DNA of 64,000 nucleotides from Octopus vulgaris (Eukaryota): NCBI GenBank assembly GCA_951406725.2, contig OX597816.1, positions 94,116,001 to 94,180,000 of the forward strand, read 5' to 3'. Shown piece by piece: positions 25,795 to 38,934 of this stretch (position 1 is its first letter; each line of letters starts with the position of its first letter). The notes under the pieces were generated by a model. It saw only the letters and a program-made list of their open reading frames with translations, ran no database searches and was not told where the DNA came from. The position numbers and the translations under genes were made by a program.

Positions 25795-26335
25795 CTAAAA
25801 TTAAGATTAAAAATACCAAAAGTTATAAAATATTAAACTCTAAATAAAACCTTCATTACATTTGTTGATTAAATTTTCTAAAATAAACTTGTATAAATAT
25901 AAATTCTGTCTGGTCAAGAAATAAAATCAATAATTCATTTCATATAGTTTCTTTAAATGATCTGCAATCACATTGATATGTTGCTGTTGTTGTTGTTCCA
26001 AGTTGGCCCTGATACAGCAAACTTTATGATCAAAAACATTGAAAATAAATTTGATATCAAGAAAATGTACTCTGAAAATGTGCATAAAATCAACACATAA
26101 CATTTCTCTTGTTCACTTTGTTTATTATTTATCTGGATGTTTAGTTTTTGTTCAATATTCTACAAGTATACTCTCCATTCATTTACAATGTTAGTTTCAA
26201 TCAATCTGTACAGTAGAATCTTTCAGTTATTTAGCTCTCTTCTAATAGAGATATTCCCAAACTTTCAAAAAAAGAAATATTATTTGGCTTAACTTTTAAT
26301 CATTTCACAGAAGTCAAAACAAATTATAGACATAC

Positions 26336-26461
26336 TTGTTGGGCATTTTCAATTTTCTCTTCTAGTTCTGAAACTTTAGGTGAAACTATAGAACCTGGTA
26401 ACTGTGTTGCTTGGTCATCTCTGGCAGAGAGGTGAGCGGTCGGGACATCATCTAGAGGTAG
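26336..26461 (-). CDS. COG3: COG3 exon 2 (LPLDDV...EEKIENAQQ)
   Basis: ttacag acceptor, GTATGT donor, 126 nt, phase 0/0; IE.AQQ motif. Confidence 0.9.
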
Positions 26462-29400
26462 CTGTAACAAAATTTCATAAGATATTTACTTATTTCAATG
26501 TTTAAGGTTCCAGCTTAGCTGGAGCACTGCTAGAAAAAAAATATGAATATAAATTTTAATGAGATTATGAGTAAACAACAAGCATATAATTCCTAAGATT
26601 TTGTTGTATCTTGGGAGGGTCTTTATACCAACAATAATTAACATGCACTGGTTCAATTTCACTTCTTTATTGTTAGTCAGTTGGTTAGCTATTTAACTAC
26701 TCAATTAATTGATCAATTATTTAATCAGTTGGTTAAACACTCAATCAGTACTTTCATCACTATTCGCAACATCACAAAAAGCATGCCCTCTTTCTTCTAG
26801 GTCTGTTTCAAATCTGCCTGTGAATGAACCCTATGCTTATGTACCAGCAGATAAGTGGTCACTTACATGAGAAGGGAAGTAAGAGAGAAAAAGAAGACTA
26901 TGCGTGCGTGTGCTTACATGCATGTTTAATTCTCAAAATGTTTATCTTTAATAGGAATATTTGATAGAGCTACTACTCCTACAAGATGGTGAAATGGCTG
27001 AAGCATTTGAATGTTGGATAGAATGCTGTACAGTATTTGTCCCAACTCCCCAAGGTCAACTTTGCCTTTTATATTATCAGGATTCATAACAACATACTAA
27101 TTCAGTAACTGTCAGGCAAGATACCTAGTGGCATCTGTTCTGGCTCTTTGCTTTCTATAAGAATATCTGTGGTGATAATGGCACAAGCTATATTGGCTAA
27201 AGTTGGCACCCTTTCCCTTGCATAAACATTAATGATATGAAGAGAGGATGCTTGCATGCATAGATAACTGCTAGTCTTTACACCCATCCTTCAAAAAACA
27301 CTTATCAAGACCTGCACATAAATGTGCAGGTGTATGGTCGTCATTGACTAATGGAGGCCCAATTACTCCTGCAATAAGAAGTAAATTCATTGATAATGAA
27401 TGAAGCTGCTAGTATAAAGGTAGATTAATAGTGACAAATGTACTTAATAAAACTATGCAATGTATAACATAAATTACTTCAAATAATTTAATAAAAATAT
27501 ATAGTAAATATTTATTTGATGCTTAATTGATTTTTAAAATGATAAAAAGTCACCCGCTTCAGCACCTTGCTAATTCACACAACCATCCTTGAAGCATGGT
27601 AATATAGTGTCAAAGAGAGGGGCCAGTACATTGTACTGTAAACCCACCAGGTCGGAAAAACAAACATTGAAATAATGATGAAGATAAACAGGTGTGTGTG
27701 TAGCTCAAATCTTAAAATGTGTGACTAGACTTTTTATCTTAAATGTGTTATTAAAATTCATAGCAGTAATATATGTGATAAGGGTGTCTGTTTATGAATT
27801 TCATGTCAAAAAGGGGAAAATAGTCAATTACTTGGCTTTCTATTCTGATATTCAGCTATTAGATAAAAAGGATAAAATTAAGAGTTCATGCAGTTTGGTG
27901 CATATTATCAGTGTAAATAAACTCAACAACATCTATGAATTAAAATAGAGTAGATTTCAGGTACAGGGGTTTCACTTCCCATTCTGCACCGCCAGTAATG
28001 TATAGTGGAACTATCATAAATAAATAGAATTATCCTTTTGGTTTCGGTTCCACTGCATCGTATTTCTTCTTAAACATAGCACCAATCTATGTAATGCAAC
28101 ATTCCCAGAAAATTTGGCTTCTATTCCAGGTAGCTACATGGACAGAGGTATATAGATTTGTGTGCACCTGTCTGAAATACACAATACATGCAAGACCAGC
28201 AGCGGATTAAAATCCAAGACCTTTGACCTAGTTAAGTCGATATTTCGCCACTGCTGAGGTAATTCGGTCAGATATACCTGCCACAAAAAATAACAGGTTA
28301 ACAACCTGCATTATATCTAACATCAATATAGTGAAGAAACAACTGTGGTAGTTCATTAGTCTATACTATACTTTTCTTTTAAGTATGGATTTTTTTGTTT
28401 TTTAGTAAATAGTAGCATCACTGAAGTCAAATTAGGGAACTACTGTCTGGTTAACGACATCGATCGGAGAAAGTTCAAACTGAACATCGACCTCATTAGT
28501 CCTAGAAGACCTATAATAGTTATAGGTATCGTCCCTCTTTCTGGAGTTAATTCGTTTTAAACCAATCGTTATAATATAACCACAAATCTTGAAAGATATC
28601 TTTTTCTTAGATGACAATTACACAATATCTCAGAAACTTTAAAAAATTCAACATGCACGTTGTGCTCTAGTGTAAATCGAGTTTACGAGAGAGGTTTTAT
28701 GTGATCGTCCGACTGGCTATGAATAATAACCCAAACTCCTCAAGGCCTGTCTTAATAAAGGTAGGATGGTTGTGAGTGGAACGTCTTTGCTCATAGATCA
28801 ACTTACTCAAAGTTGGCCTGAGACGAACAACTTGTGTAAATATTAGTTTCGAATGTTGGCACAAAGCTAGTAATTTCGTGGAAGGAGGTAAGTCAATTAC
28901 ATCGACCCCAGTGCTCAGCTAGAACTTATTTTATCGACACCAAATGGATAAAAGGCATATAGACGTCGGTGGAATTTGAACTCAAAACGTTAAGATAGAT
29001 GACATGCTGCTAAGCATTTTGCTCGGCGTGCTAACGATTCTGCCAGCTCGCAGCCTTCATGCTTAAGTATTCGCAGGTATACTTCCTGTAATAACAATCA
29101 CAACACCCAGAAAAAATGTAGAACGAAATAGTAACGTGGTATTGATGTTATATAATGAGAAACGCCTGAACGAGATGTATAAGGAAGAATAAACTTGTTC
29201 AATGAAAAAATCCACACAAACTTTACAATCATTCACTAGATTTGGTATTTTAATGAGAACTTAAAATTTTATAAAATACGATTTTGATGCAACAATCTGA
29301 ACCTTATACGTAAACAAAGTCAGATAAATAGAAATCCTTTATTAAATAGTTAATTTAAATGTTTAAATGGGGTCAGTTTAATTCATCTTAAGCTATTCTG

Positions 29401-29507
29401 AATATTTGTCTCAAGCTAAACACTGCATCAGTTATATTAAAAAATTTCCTAGGATATGAAATGTCATTAATGTTTACATGGCTTTATGAGAGTGATTCTT
29501 GTCCTAC

Positions 29508-29669
29508 CTCCACAGGAAGACGCCTGTGTTGTATCTGACTGGACAGTTCTATAAGTATATCCCTCTGTTTATCTGTCAGGTAGGCTCTGGGCTCAACATT
29601 AGCATCCCACTGACTTAACCGTTCTCTTAACGCCTTCTGATCGAGGAACTTTGTCGGCATATCCGCCAT
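29508..29669 (-). CDS. COG3: COG3 coding exon 1 (MADMPTKF...HRRLPVE, 54 aa)
   Basis: ATG in AAAATGGCG context; LSQWD...P.A.LTDKQ.D...EL resembles the COG3 N-terminus; donor GAG|GTAGGA. Confidence 0.92.
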
Positions 29670-31449
29670 TTTGACATTTTTATAAACTGATCGTCCCAGC
29701 TTCGCATGCCACGTCGATTACGGTGTTAATTAGAGAGTATAGGCTGATGAATTAATGTCCTGGATTATCAGCACTACTGCTTTTATGATAGCATTTGTCA
29801 ATCCCTGCATTAGAAAAGCTATGTTCAAAACAATATTACCTAAGAAAAATTACATTTTAAAGCTAGACTTTTACGAAAGTTATAAAAATATGTTAAAAGA
29901 ATAATCCTAGTTTTAAAAAGATGCTCAGGAATTAAAATTCTGCTAACATATTTTGATCTCTCTATAACAAATCTAAATTGTTGAATACGTTAGTATTTCC
30001 TACACTCCTACTTTCTTTCTGAGTTAGTTTTATGTATGTCAATTACACTAGTTTTACCTAGTGTTACTTTGGTAAACAATAACTTTTGTAACATTTATCG
30101 GGTCGTCCATACGGAGAGAAGGGCACGAAGCATTGGCAGTTGTAAATTTTGTTTTGATAAATTATATTCATGTAACTATGTTTCTACCTCAAGCATTTCA
30201 TTTAGATAATATTAAGAGACTTGAAGCAAATGCTGTAACATTTTAGAAGGGGTTTTTCAATAGTATCTTTGAAAAAAAGAAAAAAAGATTCTATCCCAAA
30301 TTTGTTGGTTAGTTTTGGTCCATTGAAGTAAATGATGGTAACCATCATCATTTTAACACCCTTTCCATACCTACATTGGCTGGATGAAGTTTATTCAAGC
30401 AGATTTTTCTATGGCCCTTCCTGTTACTAACCCTTGCTTGTTTCCAAGTAAGGCAATGTTTCCCAATGGCCAACATGATTTTGCAGAATACTGGAAATGA
30501 ATGACATTGCTTGTATGACAGCGACACTCATTTAAAACAATCATGGGATATCTACGACAGGCTTCATTCAGTTTTTTTCTTCCAAATCCACTCACAAGGC
30601 TTTGGTCATCCCTTGAAGTGGGACAGGACTCAATACCATGTTGTCGCGAGTGTGGTTGTCGTGGTAGCTACTGTTGTTGCTGCTGAATGAAAATGTGTTT
30701 CTCAGGCTGCATCTAAAACTAACAGATGATACTTGTGAATAATTAACAGATTTTATTACTGCGCATAATGTTTTCTGTGTTGGTCTTTTAATAAATACTA
30801 ACAACAAGAACTACACACTGGGAGAGACATACTTCCGGGCTTCGTGTCAAGTTAACTGATATAGTAATCTGTGACTGGCCCATTACAAGTGGAAAATGCG
30901 TTATGTTCATAGATGAATTTTCTTACAAGAAAAAATGTCTTATTAGATGAATTTCCTTGTAGAACAAAAAGTACAAGTACAAAAGAAAATTTACTATTTT
31001 ACTTCTGTATATCTTTCATATCACGAAGATGAACATTTCTGAGATGAAGATCAAATATTACAAATTCTACGTTTGTTTTAATACTGGTACTGTACTCATG
31101 ATGCTTGCAGGCCTTCACCACATTATAGCTGTTCCTGCTATATGTGTAGAATCCGTGTGCACATGCAGCACTCTTCTATGTTGATGTTATTCGAACTTTG
31201 TACTTTGTACAGATGATGACTGGAGCATTCTGTGGTCCATAAAAAGAAACCAAATCTTTAGTCTCTATATGAGATCATCAAAGATGTCATTCATAACATC
31301 CAGACATTTGTGCATTACTGCATAAACTTTATACGCACTTTCTGACAAGTTGTGGTGCACCTGAGCGCTGTATACAATAATTTCATTATTATTATTATAA
31401 CCTTTATAGCAACTTCAAGGATTTTAATTGCTCATGTATTTTATTTTCA

Positions 31450-31990
31450 AGTGAGGAAAGGCTGTGGTACATTTAATTGATATGTGTAGAAAGTTGTACT
31501 GTTCAAGGAAAGTACAATGTCATTCCTTGATCTCTGTCCATAAACGCAATGTACAGCGTTTAGGTTGGGCATGGGCGATACCTGTTTGTGGAAAGTTATC
31601 GAAAAGTGAAGTCTAGCATAAACTGAGTGTGTAATAAACATGAAAACAGAATGGTATGGAAGACACAACTGAATCTTGGAAACAAACTGGTGAGTTGAAG
31701 GGTTTACTGAGGCTAAGGGCGACAGACAGTGCATTTGCTGAAGTCCTAGAGAGTAAAAGGTGTGTTGAAGAAGGATAAGTTTTTATATAGTCTGGTAACT
31801 CGGAAAGTGAAATGGTCAGAGCAGGAGAGATAAGGAAAGGTGTTTCAAGGCAGTGACTTTTTATGACTGTCTCCATTATCTTCAAGATGACAGAATTGAA
31901 GGTGATGGGTTGATAGCTGGCAAGATCCCCAAGGTTGTTGCGATTTCGAGATGGGATACACTGTAGTGCTTCTCCTAAAATTAGGATGGA
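31450..31990 (-). mobile_element. Degenerate CR1/Jockey-like RT fragment
   Basis: Remnant YQPITFNSVILKIMETVIK resembles the YRPISL.S...K..E motif; heavily decayed. Confidence 0.45.
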
Positions 31991-31997
31991 TATCTGG

Positions 31998-32053
<56 letters not shown>

Positions 32054-34137
32054 AATTGAAATTTCAAAGGGGACTAATATTTTACTATGTTGAAGATTTA
32101 TTAGATTGTTTTCTTTCGACTAGAGTACAAATTAATTGGAAGTATGGATTGAGTTAACGTCAATATATTTCTGATATTTATTTTATCGAATCTAAAAGGA
32201 TAATAAAGTTGAACTCGATTAGGATATGCGACATTGAAAAACAATTCGTTCACTGCTTTTATTTCGTGTGTGTGTGCGCGCGCGCGCGTGTCTTTCCAAC
32301 TATCAATAATCACACCTCTTTGGCTATGGTAATGCCTGAAAAATTTCATTCATAAGGCTGCTTTCAAAATAGGAATTATCTCCCTTAGACTACACTAGAA
32401 ATGAGCAGCCAGTCTTGTCATACTACAGTTTTTAGGAAGAATGCAGAGATTTTCGTATGGTAAATGGTTATAATGATTGCTACAGAAAAAAAAAGATGCA
32501 TGGGATGATGCAGTTATGGTTACACTATGTCAGAAAAAAAAAAAAAAACAATTTGCTGCGTAGTTTTCAGCAAATTCTGCTCTCTGCTTGCAAGCAACTC
32601 CAAATAATATTCTTTCTACTAAGTCTGAAATTTAGGGTGAGGGGTTAGTCGACTACATCGACCCCAGTATATGACTGGTATTTACTTTATCGACCCAGAA
32701 AGGATGTGAAGCAACGTCGACTTCGGCGGTATTTGAACTCAGAACGTACAGATAGACTTAATGCCGTTAAGCATTTTGCCCTACGTGTTAACGATTCTGC
32801 TAGTTAGCCGCAACTCCAAATAATATCAAATACAATCAACCATTAAACTTAATGAGATAAACATATCACACAAACATAGATGACAAAAATCCATGTAATT
32901 ACAACATTCATACCATACAATAGTGTGAAGTGCAAAAAAGTAACGAAATGATATACAAATGACCGACTGTAAACATGTTCAGCAAAGGTGCTACTACATT
33001 TGCTGGAGTACTTTGTGATCGTGCGGTTAGTTGAAACATCTTTCAACTAACTTCACGAAGAATTTATATTCTTCTTTGTTTGTTCTAAGTTAAAACTTTG
33101 TCCGAGTCGGTATTGCTATTCATCATTTTAGTCTCAATAACATAAATACCGGGCATCTGCCGGGATTGATTTAGTTGACTACACAACTCACATACGAATC
33201 TTTTCAGTGGAGTTTGCTAACACACTGGAATGTATATTTATCTATTGTTACCCATACTGTATTATATTATTTTTTTCAGTATTGGAGTAATAGTTATCTC
33301 CCTTTAAATACAAATCACTTTCTAAACTACTACCTTAGATGCTAATAGTAATTTCCAATTTTGACACAAGGCCAGTAATTTCGGAGGATTGGATAAGTCG
33401 ATTACACCGACTCCATTGCTCAACGGGTACTTATTGTATAGGGCACCCAAAATAATATCATCCAATGTGCTCTTTTCTAAGACGTTAGGTTGTGTTATGT
33501 GAAAGATTAGGCTGCTATTTTTAGCAGGGAAAACGACCACTTAGCGGTTCCCACGTTAGCTCGTAACGATATGTCTTTCGATTCTCACAATGCCTAAAAA
33601 TGACAGTTAGATGCGTTCTCGCCTTGTCAGTCAACGCTGTTTTCTTTATAACACGAGACCAATTCTTAAATTAAAACGAACAAGGAGAAGCGCTGCGAAA
33701 ATACCATTCAAATCATAACTTAAATGACGAAAATGTGTATTTTATTTCAATAACTTGAAACAACTTGATCTGATAACCCAATACAATAATAACTGTGACA
33801 TTTGAAAAGAAGGTAGGTAAATGGAATTAATGAGTAAAAGATTAAACGAACTTTTGAAAAGTTATTGCTTCCCTTTCAAAGGAACAAAGATGTAAAAAAT
33901 TTAAGTAAAATTTGGTAAGAAAGAGAAAATGAAATTCTTTTCAGTGTTGTAAACTATGTTGCATGAAACACAAGAATACTTTACACACTCACATTCCATA
34001 CTTTGTACATTTTTAAACCATTATTCGAATTTCCCTCATTATTCGCCTTATTTGCAAAATTAATGGATCAATTATAATCCCGAAAATATAAAGCATTTTT
34101 GAACGGAATATTACAACTTACAATATTAAAAGTGCTC

Positions 34138-34353
34138 AAAGGTGCCGAGCTGACAGAAACGTTAGCACGCCAGGCGAAATGTTTAGTTGTATTTCGTCTG
34201 TCTTTACATTCTGAGTTCAAATTCCGCCGAGGTCGACTTTGCCTTTCATCCTTCGGGGTCGATAAATTAAGTAACAGTTGCGTACTGGGATCGATCTAAT
34301 CGACTAGTTCCTCACCCCACCCAAATTTCGGGCCTTGTGCCTCGAGTAGAAAA
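34138..34353 (+). mobile_element. SINE family A copy
   Basis: Collinear with 42938-43155 and 45267-45420. Confidence 0.85.
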
Positions 34354-34585
34354 GAGTATTTAAAATGTTCAGTTAGAATTACACATCTAGCGACACGGAT
34401 ATAGAGATAAGGAACAAGATTCATTTTTTTTAAGGAAGAACCTGTCAGATATTCAGGTCTCACCCCGTTTTGGTCCTCTGGGCCTCGGACCAATGTACCA
34501 GCTAAACCTGTCTCTTATAAACATGAATGTGTAGTGTGTGTATATGCGTGCAACATAAGTATATGTATAATCTTTTATACTAAAT

Positions 34586-34835
34586 CAGTTGTTCCCAACC
34601 TGTGGCCCGCGGACCTCTGGTGGTCTGCAACGATAGCACTGGTGAACTAAATTCAAAATTTCCTACACACACACACACTATTTCTTTATTACCCACAAGG
34701 GGCGACGAAGAGGGGACATTACAAAACATTGGGGACATACACACACACACAGGGATAAGCGTATTAAAAGGGGTCCGTGGGATAACTCATTTAAATAAAA
34801 GGAGTCCTTGGTAGTGAAAAGGTTGGCAGCCACTG
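34586..34835. mobile_element. hAT (Charlie-like) MITE with 8-bp TSD; partial second copy at ~43535-43675
   Basis: TIR cagttgttcccaacc / ggttggcagccactg; TSD tactaaat at 34578-34585 and 34836-34843. Confidence 0.85.
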
Positions 34836-35739
34836 TACTAAATCATAGGCTCATGTCTTTCCCTGAGTATGACCAATTGCTTAGGAGTGTGAGGTGAGGC
34901 TAAATATTGGGAAACCCTTAGTGAAGCGTACAACCCCTGCACAACCTTTGACCGTCCTTGCTTTCACGAAGAGAGCGTGCTCCTATTGATATGGTGTATC
35001 TAGGAGGGCATATCATGAGAAGAAAATAAAGTGCCTATTCAGCCGAACTGACGGAAAAGGGCAATGTTAGTCGGACTGCCTATAAAGTACAGCTCAGGCG
35101 ATACCTGGAATGACAGCAATCTGTTGAAAGTTTGTTGCCCGATTCTGCAGGTTACACTTCATATGTGCTGCAGAGGATGTCTTCGAGGCCCACACTGCAT
35201 GGGTCACTTTCTGACAACTCTGGATCCATCCTAATCAAAACCACACCACTCGCATTTTCTTCCCCGAAGAAAAAAATACACGTAAACGAGGAAGAGCCGT
35301 AAATTTTGATAGATGCACAAGCACGCGTTTCACAAAGAACAAAAAAAAAAAACCCCGGATTTTTTTGCGTGGAATCGAGTACCCTGACATCCTAATGTGC
35401 CGCATTCAACGAAAAAAAAACAAGCATTTTCCAATGATTCCGGAAAGGGGAGGGGTGACATGTCTGAGGATTTCACCCCAACCAAATTTGCTTTTTCTGT
35501 TTGTTTGTTTTTTTTGTATCGAGTCTTACCAACAAACCACTGAAAATCGTTCGATCTTTAGGCAAACCACACCTTCAAAATGAAACGAGTGTAATAGTAA
35601 GGATTTACCGTTTTTATTATCTTACTCTTTTTATCGAACTGCTAGTGACAGTACATATGAACAACAGATAGAATATCATGCGTGTTTCAAGGTTTCATGC
35701 TCGCATAGAAAATTTCTTACAGCTATACAACCGACAGAG

Positions 35740-36530
35740 AGCGTCAGCACTTTATCGGCTGAATGTGTGTGGGGGGGGGTAAATTTAATCTGAAAAATGT
35801 TCATATGCATATGGAAAATTGGAGAAAATAAAAACGCACTTGATAGGGAATCCCGGAGCAAATAAATACTCATTGCATCCAAGAATTTTAAAGAAAGTCG
35901 TATTTAAAAAAAAACAAAACAACAATATTGAACGGAAATACAAGCAAACAAAGCTCCTTCAAATTGGTTTATCTTTACAAGTCCGGTTTTGTTAACCAAT
36001 CAAGGTCGCATGAACCAAAGCAAGCTAATAACGTACTGTCACCACATGAAAGAACATATACATCAGCCAATCATGTAAGAAGCGTCGTTTCTATTTTTTT
36101 TAGAATAGGATTCCCTCTTCCCCCCATTGCTTTGAAGTGTGTGGTGTAAGAAAAAATTTTTAATCCAGGCGAAAACGGAGAAACTCCAACTTAAGTGAGA
36201 CAGCTATTTCAAAAATCCGCCCAGACCACCAATAATAGAAACGACGCTTCTTACATGATTGGCAGACGTATATGTTCTTTCAGATGGCGGCAGTATATTA
36301 TTAGCTTGCATTTGGTTCATGCAACCTTGACTGGTTATCAAAACCAGTCTTAGAACGACTAAGTCAGTTGACAAATTGAACATTTGAAGGAATTTCATTT
36401 GTATTTTTTGCTTTCTATAATACGATTTTCTTCTATCAATTGCACTTTTTTTTCAGTTTTCCTCATGAATATGAACATTTTTGAGATTAGATATACACAC
36501 ACTTATATGTATTCAGCCGACAAATACACT
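35740..36530. repeat. ~800-bp foldback element (long imperfect inverted repeats, ~135-bp spacer)
   Basis: 35990-36095 pairs with 36232-36340 (ccaatcatgtaagaagcgtcgtttctatt / aatagaaacgacgcttcttacatgattgg); 35750-35845 pairs with 36432-36525. Confidence 0.85.
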
Positions 36531-36755
36531 TTATGGGAGACAGCTATACTGAAGTCTTGCGGTCTAAAGTGACACATTATGAGTACTGTTTTCAGAGGTG
36601 CTCCAACGATATAATAGTGTTACAGGACTTTCCACCACCACCAAAACCAACACGAGCACTACCCCTACAGCTCGACTAATTTATTTATAAAACTACTGGA
36701 CTCTTGCTCAACCCATCATGTAATAAATGCATTTTTATTTTTCAGGTTTTTCGCA

Positions 36756-37589
36756 ATGTCTTCGCCAGTCTTGAAATTATTCCAGATTATTATGATACTA
36801 TATATGGCATTAGGTGGTAATACATTTGCAAGAGAAGTTAAATATAATTCGAAAGTTGCAGGAAACAATACAAAGTCCAACATTAAAAGTACAGCTACAC
36901 CCAGTTCAAAAGTAATGAAACACAGAGTAGCTTCTTTAAAGAATCAGTCAAATAATATACACAATCTGAGAGTTGATGTTAACTCATCAAAATACCCTGT
37001 TTACGCAATGACAATGAAACCAACTTTGAAAATGAAACCAGCTTTGAAAACGAAACCAGCTTTGAAAACGGAACCAACTTTGAAAATGAAACCAGTTTTG
37101 AAAATGGAAACAACTGTGAAGGTGAAACCAATACGAAAATATAAAATATTACAATCCATCATTGTTAAAAGCTTCACTTTCAAAAATAACTCAACTAACC
37201 AAACCCTAGGAAAAACCAATGGTGTTTCTGCTTCGACAGAAAATTCCAGAATTGGGCAGGTGAAACGGATGTCTTTATTTCCTTCAAGATTATTTAGAAG
37301 ACTTTCTCATAATCTACAAGGTGCTGGAAGTAAAAATGCTAGTAGTAAACCTGATAATGGCTTGGGTGTTCATCTTATTCGAGTGTATCCCCCGATAATG
37401 CATGGTTTCCATAGGTTTTTCGTAAGGCGTCGGCCTTTTGCTAATTATACAGACAAAAATGATACTCTTCTTAAAATTGTATTAATTTCTAACGAAACTC
37501 CAGCGGTAAATAATTTCTTCCAACCATTTCTCGACTTTTTTCGAAGAATGACGATGTCCATTAAGTCATTTCTTCACGCCGTGAAATAA
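36756..37589 (+). CDS. Putative secreted, Lys/Asn/Ser-rich basic protein of unknown function (277 aa) with hexapeptide repeats
   Basis: 834-bp ORF in AT-rich DNA; hydrophobic N-terminus ending TFA|RE (signal-peptide-like); splice acceptor ttttcag at 36745 just before the ATG; AATAAA at 37633; no TE motifs. Confidence 0.75.
   Translation: MSSPVLKLFQIIMILYMALGGNTFAREVKYNSKVAGNNTKSNIKSTATPSSKVMKHRVASLKNQSNNIHNLRVDVNSSKYPVYAMTMKPTLKMKPALKTKPALKTEPTLKMKPVLKMETTVKVKPIRKYKILQSIIVKSFTFKNNSTNQTLGKTNGVSASTENSRIGQVKRMSLFPSRLFRRLSHNLQGAGSKNASSKPDNGLGVHLIRVYPPIMHGFHRFFVRRRPFANYTDKNDTLLKIVLISNETPAVNNFFQPFLDFFRRMTMSIKSFLHAVK
37013..37130 (+). repeat. 18-bp coding minisatellite (atgaaaccaactttgaaa), ~6 units
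   Basis: MKPTLK MKPALK TKPALK TEPTLK MKPVLK METTVK. Confidence 0.9.
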
Positions 37590-38553
37590 TTTTTGCAGTT
37601 AATTGCTATCTGACTGTATACAAGGATGTTAAAATAAAGACTGATTTATTTCATTGATTTAGTTTTATTTTATTGAAAAGTTTAGATTTCTTTTGACATT
37701 GCACAAACTTAATTATTTCTCCAGACCCTTTGATAGGGAGGATGCATTACTGATACTCTATCTATATATTTACGTTGATTTCTTAAAAATTACCTATTCA
37801 GCTTGGACATGTCCGTTTATATCCAGTACACAGAGTCCATTAGAGAGAGTATAGGATATGGCATAGACTAGAGGGCCCATTATTGTCATAAGATACACGT
37901 ATACCAATAGAAACAGCTCATCTCATTCGGAAACTCTTATGACCCTTGATGGTACAGCAATATTTTTACGTATATATCCAGACGGTCCGACCGACATGGC
38001 TATCCACGCCACCGACATTGCACATATTTCTGTTTTTCTTTCGACACCTCGACTCGCTCTCCCTTCATAAATCAGGTGCTCAACACTTTCCTGGACTTCA
38101 TCTCTCGTGAAAAATTACTCCAGAACTCTCTGAGGTAAATCTGTAGCGATAGAGGTGGCCCGCCTCGGATGACGCTTTATTAGCCAACGATGAAAATTAT
38201 TATTATTATTAATATTTCGAACTGATTCAGGGCGGTGAGCTGGCAAAATGATTAGCGGCATTCCTTACGTTATGAGTTCAAATTCCATCGAGGTTGACTT
38301 TGCTTTTCATCCTTTTGGAGGTCGATAAAATAAGTACCAGTTATGTACTGGGGTTGATGTAATCGACTATCCCTCTCCCCAAAATTTCAAGCCTTGTGCC
38401 TATATTACAATGGATTATTTCAAACTGTTTTGCTTCTCACCACTATTATGGAATTTAGGTAGGTTTACTTTTTGGATAACAAGCCACCACGTGACCTCAA
38501 CCATCCAAGAACTTTCGAATGATCTTCACGGGTCCAGCGAGTTATTATTATTA

Positions 38554-38624
<71 letters not shown>

Positions 38625-38856
38625 TGTTTGACTTTTGCTTTATATTTGTACAAGTTGGCTCCAAGTCTCAACCAGAGACCTCAAGAGACAACAGGTCGGA
38701 AGTTCGTGATGTTGTTATGCCTAGTGTGCCATATATTTGGTTTTGTATTTAGTGTTGTACTAGTGAATGTAAAAAAAAAAACGAAAATTATGTTTGTTTT
38801 AAAACTTGAGATTACATAGAAAGTATTTTGCGTAATTATTATTATTATTATTATTA

Positions 38857-38926
<70 letters not shown>

Positions 38927-38934
38927 CATCATTA

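Noticed and set aside
29660-29675. YY1-like motif (AAAATGGCG) at the COG3 start
   Set aside because: Coincides with the Kozak/ATG-Ala context, so it cannot be distinguished from coding constraint.
38410-38932. Poly-Leu/Ile/Tyr ORFs (also 42011-42270)
   Set aside because: Trinucleotide microsatellites.
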